The notes beneath the pieces are model-generated. The model had not been told where the DNA came from and searched no databases. It saw only the letters and a list, made by a program, of their open reading frames with translations. Position numbers and translations under genes: made by a program. From assembly GCA_002633005.1 (NCBI GenBank), contig NMRA01000001.1:4690694-4754693 (forward strand): a DNA stretch of 64,000 bases, read 5' to 3'. This document shows positions 24,096-36,000 of this stretch, piece by piece. Each line of letters starts with the position of its first letter. Position 1 is the first letter of the stretch. The stretch comes from Phoronis australis. Taxonomy: Eukaryota; Animalia; Phoronida.

Positions 24096-27000
24096 CTGGA
24101 AACAATGAGGTAGAAATTAACAACCAGGGTGGTTATAAATTATCGAGAACAGGTGTAAATTAACAAGGGGTCGACAAATGTTCTGAGGATAAGAATGTGT
24201 TTTTTTTACATGTCAAACAGAAGCCAAATTTTCAATTTTATTACATAAACAAGTTGGCCCCTTTGGGACCAGGGTGCCTTGCAGAACATATTTCTGTAAA
24301 TGCAAAATCACACAAAATCATGCGAAAGTATTGCGCGAGACTTTGCTAGCACAACCTAACAGAATGGCGTCCGCTGAAGTGATTGGTCGATGAGGCTGGA
24401 ATATTTATAGAATTCATGAATTAACTGTTTCTATTCCACAAGCAATGACTCCAGGCCACAAGTGCATAAAGTAAAGTCTGAGGTCTGTGAAACACAGCCG
24501 TGTGTGCAGACCTACCTGTCACCAGGTGACGTCTGTTTTAATGTCTCCACATCATTAAAGATAACAGCAGTACCGCCACCAGCAGTTGGCATGATGTCTC
24601 CCTGATAGAAACAAGATACATGGTCACACAAACTACTAACTATCAAGCCAACGAAATACATATTTACTTGACTTCGTTTTGATAACAGACTATATTTATC
24701 AGGTCAATGCCCAGGAGATTTCGAGTGGAAAACTAAAAAAAACTAGGGAGGAGTTAAGCTGAGTATGAGTGTTTGAATCAGTAATAAATTTTTGAAGTCC
24801 TGACGGTAAAGAAAGTTGTAATAAGCCACTTCACAGGTGATGTTAAATATTGACTACTAAGCATCTTGATCTCAGCATCAACAGATACACCATACCTTGA
24901 ATATCTTGGTCTCATTATCAACAGATATACCATATCTTGAATATGTTGGTCTCAGTATCAACAGATATACCATACTTTGAATATCTTGGTCTCAGTATCA
25001 ACAAATATGCTATACCTTGAATATCTTGGTCTCAGTATCAACAGATATCTCTTACCTTGAATATCTTGGTCTCTATATCACCCTTCTTGTCCTGCTCCTG
25101 ATGAGTAATCATGTACTTGGATGCCTTCTGTGCCGAGGTGACGGTCAGTTTTGTCAGTGACTTCCTCTTGGACATGCGCGGCTGCAAGATGGTGTCTGTC
25201 TCCACGTTGTTCACTGGTGTGTGCACTACCCACATTTCATTGCCCACAGACTTGGAGCGGCGCCGTCCATGCACCACCGGCGTAGACGTCTGGTAAGAAG
25301 AGCAGGTTAATATGAAGACACGCTGGATTATGCATTAACCAAGAACCAATCAAGGTGAGGTAGGGCCGTACAAAATTCCAAACTTTGATAATTCCGGAAC
25401 TTCCCACCTCAGAAATTCAAATGGCTGACTGGGTTTGTATGACACTTTCACATACCAGACTTTATGCACTGTTCTACAAAACGGAGTTAGGAATTGTTTT
25501 TTACAATGTTCCACTTTTGCATGAGGGGCTATCCAATAATGTATATGATTTTTATGATAAAACTCAGAAGTTGCATTAAATGTACTAGTTCAAATGTAAT
25601 AACATTTTTGAGATTTCATCTTGAACTTTGAAATTTTGCCATCTTACCTTTCCCTTTTTTCCTGAATTTTACTAAAGACATCGCCATGTGACCCAATTAA
25701 TGACTGATTTTGAATTTTAAACCAATCTAAATCTGCAGATTTCTACTATCAGAAAATATAAATATGTATGTTGTTTTTAACTAAATGCATAGACTTGTTG
25801 ATAAGTTCGTTCATAATCATAACACAATCACATAGGTACACTTGTGTTTCACAACATAATACCCCGTTCATAACCATAACACAATCACATAGGTACACGT
25901 GAGTTTCACAACATAATACCCCGTTCATAATCATAACACAATCACATAGGTACACTTGTGTTTCACAACATAATACCCCGTTCATAATCATAACACAATC
26001 ACATAGGTACACTTGTGTTTCACAACATAATACCCCGTTCATAATCATAACACAATCACATAGGTACACTTGTGTTTCACAACACAATACCCTCATGTAA
26101 ACGACTGAGTGTAACATTGGCATTCACTACTTTGTTGTCTATCTCGTCATAGCTGAATCACTTTTAACACAGCTGAATCACAGTTATCTATAGCACTGTC
26201 TACTCTTCACTATGCGCACTTACTCCTTCAGTCTACAAGTTACCATGACAATAATTTCCCGTACTATAACACATAATCACAATTTAAAGCAACTATCAAC
26301 AAAGAAATACGCCTTCTGACAAAAACTAATTTTCTTCTAAGAGATCACTTAATAGGTCTCATATTGTTCCTTACTTTTAATAGATTGGAAGCGATTCTTT
26401 GGCTGGGAAAAACTACCAGTTCATTATTGGTCGAGACTGGGCCCAATGAGTTGGTGTAACACAGAGAGCACAGTAATGAGCAATAAGTCGGTTGTTGCCA
26501 CATCCAAAACATTTCACGTGTGTGAGAAACAAGTCAACAAGTCGTCTAAATCAAAAATTGTTTTTTTTTTGGCAGAAGGTGAGTCTTGTGGTGGCATAAG
26601 ATTATGTAGACCTTTATAGACATGACTGTGCATTTAGTCTTATATCTATAAAACCATAGATTTTAATTCTGACAGAGAAAATATATAATCTTTTGTGAAA
26701 GTAGCAAACCTGTTGAATTTGATTTCTGACTTCATACCAATCTGGATCACGTAAATAATTGTCTTTTTATTAAAATTTAGCAAAAAAGGTACATCCATAG
26801 AAAAACGATATCAACAACACGACCAAGTTTTGTTCATTATAAATATTCAAGATGAAATCTCAAAAACATTGTTACAGTTGTCTATTAAATTATATCGTTT
26901 TCATTTTATGCCATTTTTGCTTTTTCATAAAAATCATAAAAGACCAAATTTATTATAGCCCCCCATGCAAAAGTGGGACATTTTAAAAACAAGCAGTGCG

Positions 27001-30000
27001 TAAAACATGGGATCTGGAAGTTTTATATGAATCTGATCAGCTATGTCTTAGATATGGTGATCTAAAGCTAGCCAAATATGGTCTTTTTTGTGTGTGCTAC
27101 GTAAGTTTAAAGGTAACTTTTGAATATTGAGTCAACTCAGGGACCATTCACAATTATGACACGAAATACTTTAGGGGAGAGTCAGAGCTTGCCAAAGCAT
27201 TACCCTTTTGAGGTCATAAAACGGCGATGTGAAGACACACAATTCAAAGTATTATCCCTGCTTTTTCATATCAATAAAACATGATGCAAAAAATCCTTAC
27301 TGCCATTTCATACAGCAGTGCTGACGGTGATTCACTCTTCCAACGCATAAAAGAGTTACAGTAGATTTACAAAGACGGCAAATACCACAAAAAAGGTAAA
27401 AGACAATTACAGTGCCATGGTCTATGAACACACTTCAGCTGCGGACAGCATGTTCATAAAGGCATGTGACTAAATGAACAAAGTGACACAAAGACAAGGA
27501 TTCAAAAAATATAAAGTGGTAAATGTTATTTGGTGAAACGTGAAAGGACTTCATGAAGATTAAAATTAAATTATGTTTGCATCGCTAACAATTTTAATTT
27601 ATATTTATATGTAAACACTTCATTCAAACAACTATACATACCACTGAAGAGGGCGTTGAACGAGCTGGTGGTGACCTGGCCCTTGATACTGTCGGTTTCT
27701 TTGCAACAGGTGGCCCCACCCTCCCTGGTGTCCTGGCAGTTGACCTGAGGTCATTCTCTGACCTGGCTGGGGTCACTCCTGACCTACCAAACCTGATAAC
27801 AGTAAGTCATTACAGTTATAAATGCATGTCCCGCAATTACTATGGCACACTACTGCCTTCTTTACTTGTATGGTGTATGCAAGAGATATGTTCTAACGGA
27901 TCCAAGTAAGCTCCCATGCGGTACACCAGCATTTTATCTAAATAGGTCAAATTAAACACCAGCTCCTACAACAGCATGCAGCCCGTGTCTGATGATCTGG
28001 TAACTCCCATAACCACCCCTGCCCCTGCCCATCACACATACACACCCATTACCTGATAGTGGCCTGTGCCCATAGAGCTTGGGACGCAGCACCATTAGAA
28101 CTGTTAGTGGTGTCTATCTCATTAACACATCCCCACCCCTGCCCCATTCTGTCCCATCCACCCACCCACACCCCTCACCTGGTAGTGGCCCGTGCTCTTG
28201 GAGTCTGAGCGGCAGCACTGCTATCACTGTTAGTGGAATCTGTGTCATTCACAATACTCTTCAACAGTTTCAACTTGCGCTCCTTTGCCCACAGTTGACC
28301 TGAAGCCGCTTCTTGCAGTTTCTTCTTTTCCATTTCCTACATAAGACACAGTGCAATCGTTTCATCCAGACAATATAACAATAATCCAAAACTGACGTTT
28401 CTAAAACTGCATCTGGTTATCAATCTAAACTTAAGTGCATCTAAGATGACTTGTCTTTTGATTTTGACCATCACTTGTGTTTCATGAAATATACATAATG
28501 ATGAAACTTGAGGAACAAGTCATGTTAATAACTACAGTCCAACATGATGTGAATCTATATGCCATGTCACTGATTAGTCAACTCTAATCACAGACAGCAA
28601 AACTAACCCTACTGTAATTCCGTTACATCACAGATAACACAAAGAGACAGGTAATGGTCTGATATAACGTACCCGAATTTTGAGCACCAGTTTTCTCCAC
28701 TGAATAACGGTCATCAAACTGGTTCTCAAAATACGGGCACGTTATATCAGACAATTGCCAGCAAACATACCATATTCCTGGTCTATCACAGATAAGACAA
28801 GCAGACATGCTATATTCCCGCTCCATCACAGATAACACAAGCAGACGTACCATATTGCCACTCCATCACAGATAACACAAGCAGACGTACCATATTGCCA
28901 CTCCATCACAGAGAACACAAGCAGACGTACCATATTCCCGCTCCATCACATATAACACTAGCAGACATACCAAATTGCCACTCCATCACAGATAACACAA
29001 GCAGACATACCATATTAACACTCCATCACAGATAACACAAGCAGACATACCATATTCCTGCTACATCAAAAATAAAACGACAAGACATACCATGTTCCTG
29101 CTCCACGCAGCGTTAGTACTCTCAATCTTCTCCCTGTATTGCTGTTTCAGTTTATGACGCTCTGTTTTCTCTTTTACAATCGCCTCGCTCTTCTCTTGAA
29201 TCTGTAAATGCATCCAATGATGGAAACCTTGGTGAGTTGATTACAAGGATTGGTAAGTCGGGCTGCAGAAATTTTACCAAGACAACAGCATCTGGGATTG
29301 GTTGGTTAACAATACGTAAGGAAGGAAATAGTTGCCCTCCAGTGACACCCCTGGTGTATAGGTCCTTCCTTCAATTTCCCCATAACCAGAAGGAACACAC
29401 CACATCCCCAGACTACCAGCCCTACATTTACTTGTCCCCTCATCCCCCAGTTGCAGCGCCCCCTACCTCATTCTCCAACTCCCTCCTTTCACTCTCGTAC
29501 ATATTCGTAGTCTTAGCCAAATGTTCGTTCTGTTTGCCCAGACTTCTCACTTTCCTCTCCAACTTCTGGTAACTCATGTCTCTATTCTCCAGTTTTACCA
29601 ACAACTCCTGCTTGTCTCTCTTTAGTCTCTCATTCTCTTCCTCCATTTCAACCAGCCGTAGACGGAACGCATCCTCTGCAAGTGACCGCAGCCAACTCGA
29701 TTAGTGGTGAAACACGCTTTATGTCATGTAACAAGTCCCCAGCCAATAAAAATACATCTGCTATCTGCCATGACTTGAAATCGAATAACTACAAAACCAA
29801 AAATTTAAAAAAACTCCAAACCTTAGGGAATCGATTCATTTTCAAAGTTTCCTGCAGAAGACTGTTGTCACCATAAGACAAAGCCTCACCTTTCCTACTC
29901 AGGTCTGTCAACAGAGAAGACCTCTTATTCTCTCTCTCTTGTAAGAACACAAGCAGGTTCCTCAATGTTGTCTCATCAGACGCACTCATCAACTGTAACA

Positions 30001-33000
30001 CAAACAAGTGTGAACAAGAATATATAATTAGTGATTTTCACTGACGTCACTATCACATTTTTGGGGTCTAAATCCAGCATATTTACCGAGTGTGAATGTA
30101 AATAATATTTATATTGTATAATTACATCTGCTAAGTAATGGTAGCTATGTTTAGGCTTTCAATCATATGTTCGATTTATGTTTTAGGAAGTTAAGTCATC
30201 CAGCAGATGGTGTAGTTTAGTGCATGTGTCTCACTACAGTTGAATGTTTGAGCTTTACTCTGATGTACTCGCTGTGTTGCTGGTTTTTCTCAGAAAAGCC
30301 ACAGTAATTGGCTGGTAATGGGTGACTTATGTGCCAAAAACATCTCCATGTCGGTAATATTTCATGAAAACAAATGAGAAAAATGCCTTGATTAGAAATA
30401 TTCAAAGCAAACAGGAATAACTTAGAATTCTTGAATTAAACGCAAAACTGGCTTCTGCATTTTTGCTCAAAATCACTTTTGTTGTAGGAAAAAGGCTAGC
30501 AATTTTTCTACCTGAGACATTGATTGTTTTCACAGCAGAATGTAATGATGTCACCCCGGACATAGGTTTGAACCCCTCCATCCGGTTGCCACCTATTTTA
30601 CACACCCAACAGCCCTCTTTTGGCACTGTGACCTCTGGTGACACATGTTCAGGTTGAATACATAGTCGAAGCTCTTAACTAAAAGACAACGCATACGCCA
30701 GCGATAACCTCTGGTGAATCGTACGTTTGTGGTTACATTCAACGTGTGGCCGAAGCTCTCTAGCATTGCAGTACTTACCTGCATGACAGGGAAAGGTGGT
30801 CCCATACTGTAGACCAAGGGTGTTGGGAGGAGCACAGCGTCTGTGAACAGACAAAGTAACATGTTAACGTTTATACACAGTAAGGCTGAGTAGTTATGGT
30901 CTGTCATGTTTAAGTGTCTTAGAGAGTAACATCACTGTAGTCCATGCCATACTATCCAGATACCTTCACAAAGCAATGTAGACAAGTTATGTAGCACCAA
31001 TGACACACGCTGCCATCTGGTGTTACATAGAGGCAGCACTGTGATGTATTACTTGTGATATTACATGAACTGAAGCTTTTTCTTTGACACCTGTGTCTAT
31101 TTGCATGAAACAGTCCCAAATAGGTACTCAACTAAGTTCCCTAAATCTTTTGCGTATTTGTGTCATTCTGTTTTCACAGATGTTATATTTTTCTATCATT
31201 TTATTTTTATTACGGGCTCCTCTTTGCCTAATCACATTTTCTAATAATATAACTAAAACTGAGCCCTGAATAGAGTCAAAATAATTAGGACCACAGTCCT
31301 TCAATTAGGGGCGTTACATAAAAAGGTCCCTACTTATTTTCAATAATATTTAAAATTCAACGTAAACCTGACTCTCAATTTGTATCAAAGCCAAAAATTG
31401 ACTTACTAATGAGACTCAAATAGCATAAGAAAAAATAATCAGTGTTTTCACAAAACCACAAATATGCAATAGATGTAGGGAACTTAGTTGAGTCCCTATT
31501 TGGGACTGTTTTATGCAGCTGGGCACTGGAGGGCAGCAGGAGTCGTGAATTGAACAACACACATTCAGTGCAGCGTGAAAATCTCACCTTGCATGTGTAA
31601 ACAAAGAACAACCAACAGGTAAACTAACTCAACACTGGATAGCTTAATCAACCAGACAAATAACGGGTACAGTATCGGCAAACACAGTATATGTAACCTT
31701 AAAACAAAAGACTAAAGTTGCACCTGAAATGACATCAACATAGCTTTACCTTCACCATGTGCGGGGCTTAGTAACTCCTCTGAAACGGAGTATCAACTAA
31801 ATCATCCTCCAAACTGCAACGTACATTCACAAAATCAGTCCCAGTCATTCATATAAATCAAGAGACAATCAAGGATCTATTACTTGAAACAAGGGCTGTG
31901 ACTTGAAATAAGGTCTAATGAAGTTTAGGGACTTTTGCATATTTTAAAAGTTGACTTTTTAGAGTACCTACAAAATGCAATATCTAAACTTCAATTCTTT
32001 GACTGAATTTGAAGCTCCACAAAGCAGGTGTAGACAAACACAAAACAAAGCACTTCAGATGGTATACCATTGATGTCCAGTGCAAAGCCTAGCCTAGTTC
32101 AAACAACAGATCCTGATATCCTCCACAAAACTTTTGACAGCTATATTGCAGAATCTAATTATTTTCAGACCCCTCACCCACTAGGGTACCCCTGTAACTC
32201 ACCTCCACCAGCCTTCATCTTGGCCAGCGCCTCTTTGTATTGTTGGTTCATCTTACGACGACCATGGGTGAAGCCCACGTTGAACTGCACGTCTTCAGGG
32301 CGCGCTACTTGTACTTCCTGTGTGGCCTCAGCAAACCGCATCACATGCTGTGAGATGAATAGAGGCTTTAGTTTTACCAATGACCTAATAGCTTACAAAA
32401 AACTATATGTTACTGAAGCAGGAGACAATATTAACACTGAATCATTTTTTCACTTTGATTAACGCATTCATCCAGTGTAAGGTAGAACACACTGCCTCTG
32501 TCTTACATTGCTATCATTATCCAAACTTCCACGTCCATCTCAAGCCTCTCACGGATTGACTGAATGTTAGTGAGTTATGACATTTGTTGAAATGTATAAG
32601 TAAAAATCAGCTTTCACTGAGCAGCTTCTATTGGATTATAACAAATGAACAAGTACTTCTGAATCAACCGACTATTGCTAACTCAGCGCCTAAGCAAGGT
32701 GATAATAGACACCACTGTTCCATCACATTCACAGGCTCTAACCCTCGAACAAGGTGATAACAGACACTTACCACTGTTTCATCGTATTCACAGGCTCTAG
32801 GGTTGACACAGACAATCATCTTCACTTTACCCTCGCCATCAAAGTAGTTCTTGAACAAGTGCGTCAGTTTGGAGTCACGAAATGGCACCATCTAAGTGAA
32901 GAGAGAACTGTTAATAACATCTTTTTACATTTATAGAAAGTGCTGCCAACAGTTAAAAAGCCTGTAGGTCTAATTCTCAAAAAAAAAAAGATTTCACAAA

Positions 33001-36000
33001 ACAGTCAAACTCACATATTAGCAGGACCTAAAAGAAGTATATAAAGACACAATGTCTGAATGTAGAGCAGAGCACATGAAGTCCAGAGCACTCACCTCAG
33101 CACTTATCACATATTAATGCTACTCTTCTTTCATGTGTTTTTGGTTAGAATGGTACACATATTTCACTTACCCTGAAAGCTAGCTTGAATATTTTCCCTG
33201 ATTTTTATAAAAACGATATTAATAATTCTGCACGCTGAAACTGCAACGGCATGATAAAGCTGAACAATGGAGACACTGCGTTGAAAGTGCCTAAAAGGTT
33301 CGAAATACCTTTTAGCAAGTGACGTACACTACAATGACCAAAACAACTACAAAATAAAACCAAAACCTGTCATAATCAAGTTTTAGTGCCGTGCAGGTGA
33401 CTCACTGAGGTGACCATTACTTACTTTGTTTGAACCCAAAGTTTGATTCTCTCGCAGAATATCAATACATGTTCGTAGCACCATGAGAGACTGGTTGATG
33501 TTGCCTGAAAATAACAACAACATTGTCTGCTACAGTGACAACTGAACCATGACACCAGGCTGATGTAGAGATGTGAGTACGGTTAATAACAGTGAACCAA
33601 CTGCAGTCTGAAATACTCTCCTTTAATTGCGCAAGAAATCCATACAAAGTCTGTGTAGCATGCACTAGCACAGACAATTTCGCAGAAAAAGATCAATGCA
33701 AAGCATTAAACATACTTTCAAAAACCAACGAGAAAGTAATGAAATATTTAAATTTTTCCATTCTAAATGACAACAACATAATTATATGGCAAAAATGACA
33801 ATGCAGAGCCACAGATGTATGAGTGGGTACACTAGGATACCGCTCAGCTTGTGGGATAGACTGGTCACTTCAACCAGTCTGCCTGTACCCCAGTCTGCCT
33901 GTACCCCAGTCTGCCTGTACCCCAGTCTGCCTGTACCCCAGTCTGCCTGTACCCCAGTCTGCCTGTACCCCAGTCTGCCTGTACCCCAGTCTGCCTGTAC
34001 CCCAGTCTGCCTGTACCCCAGTCTGCCTGTACCCCAGTCTGCCTGTACCCCAGTCTGCCTGTACCCCAGTCTGCCTGTACCCCAGTCTGCCTGTACCCCA
34101 GTCTGCCTGTACCCCAGTCNGCCTCTTTCAGCCGGTCCCCCCTGTTTTGCGTCCTGTTTGTCCTCTCAGAGCCCGCGAGGTCCACCAAGGATAGTTGACT
34201 CACACAAATCTTGCTGGAGTCCTGCAAGAGCCAGCATAAATATTTAACCAAGGTCAAGTTCAGCATGCCTGGTTGACTCTCACTGCTGTTTCCCAGAGCC
34301 AAAAATAATCATAGGATATGTGGGACACGGGGTGCTAATACTAACACCGCTCTGAAATTATTATTTGAAGGTGAATTGTTATGAAACTTTCAGGGTAAGA
34401 TGCACACACATTGCTGTATGATGGAGGCTGATATTTGTCCCGATTTCCTATGAAAAAATACATATCAACTATCAATGAAAGGTTTTGGTTGAAATACAAC
34501 CCCTGTCAGCCCTGGTACATATCTCGTCTCACGTCGGGCATTTCAAACTCGAGTAAACATCGATGACGGACATTTTATAGATGACTGCATCAAACCCAAT
34601 TCAACAGGTAAGCAATCAACAGAAATTTCTTCAAAAAGAGAAAAAACAAATAATTTAAAATTTTGGTCAGGATTTGGTTAAACTGTATTCCTGTCACCCG
34701 ATATTGTAGTTAAATTGTAGTCATCTCCCATGAAATATAGGATTAAATAGGTCAAGAACAGGCAAGTATCCAACTCGCCAATTGGTGTGTTTGGCTGTGA
34801 AATAGTGAGAGTGGTAAGTCATAATTTCTCGATGCTGCATTTGCAAGATGAGAAGAGCAAGTTAATAAAATTTTCTCGAACTTTGTACACTTGACCATGA
34901 AAATCAGAAACAAGCAAGGATACCTGTAAGACCTCCTCCCCCAGGGGATCCAGGGGTGCCTGCACTAGTCTCACATTGAAGACACTGTGACTCCTACTGG
35001 ACTCTGTATTTAGACAGGTGTGCGCCACCTTACGCCTCTTCTGACCTGTAGGGGCATATCAAAAAGTTACACTAGATCAGGAGGGACCCTGGAAGAATTC
35101 AGCATGTTTTACATTAATTTTAAAGCAGTTACAAAATTGTGTTACATCCAGAAAGTAAATATTTGACTTAGACAACATACGACAATAAAATTGGTCTCAA
35201 CTTGCTCCTCACACAGACGAGAATTTACATCTGGGTTTGCATAGACAGTTAATCAGTATTTTCTTTAAGACCATGCTCAGTGCATATGAAACTCATAGAG
35301 AGCATGGTCTGTTCATTCAAAGCTCTGAAATCACCTCCAGTTTGCCACGGGAACAATTCCAGACCAATTCCATAATGGTGATTTAAATCAAAACTTCTTT
35401 TGTGTAACGACAGGTGGATTTATCGGCGCTTTAAAGACATCACCTCCCCATTTTGGCCACCAAACAAAAACTGAATGAGAACAAACATTTCCAAAAAATT
35501 GATCTCGAAAATTTTCTTGTCATAACTGTTTCCACTATCAAAAGTGATGAAAGCACCATCACTCGATTTTTCATTAAAATTCTTTGAAAAGTGATTGGCA
35601 CTTTTTATCTTGCTGCAACACAGTTTCAAATTGTTTGTCCCAACACCAACAAAATCTCAACATGAATTTTCTAAGTGACATGACACAAGTACAGTTCGTG
35701 TTCAAAGACTCACCTCTTAAGAGGACATCAAATGCCTCCTCAGTACTCTTCACTTCCACCTCAACACAGTTATGAACATACATGTTGTGAGAACTGTCCT
35801 CTCTCAAGATCTTTGACTGTGGTGGTCTAGTATAACACATAAAGAAACCATAAGTCAGTCACACATTTTTGAAATTACAAACATTTTATTCATGACTGCT
35901 TTGAATTAATTGCACAAGAAAAATTATCCCTTATCATACTGGCTACACTAGCTAAGTCTTGTCCAATACAATGCAGTCGCTTCACAAGGGATGGTTACGA

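Noticed and set aside
25749-26123. 124-aa Cys-rich repetitive ORF (metallothionein-like appearance)
   Set aside because: It is the translation of a 57-bp intronic tandem repeat inside a transposon relic, with no splice or homology support.
27411-27438. Second possible KIF23 micro-exon (ccgcag|CTGAAG...GCACT|gtaatt)
   Set aside because: It is 28 nt and frame-shifting with a weak donor; not supportable without RNA data.
31765-32178. Motor-only KIF23 isoform via the donor at 32178 and acceptor at 31813 (..[19 protein letters not shown])
   Set aside because: It needs two alternative sites at once; the stronger donor at 32203 gives a fully in-frame model.
33786-34302. Long repetitive ORFs on both strands
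   Set aside because: Produced by the stop-free 16-bp repeat; only 34119-34221 is a real exon.
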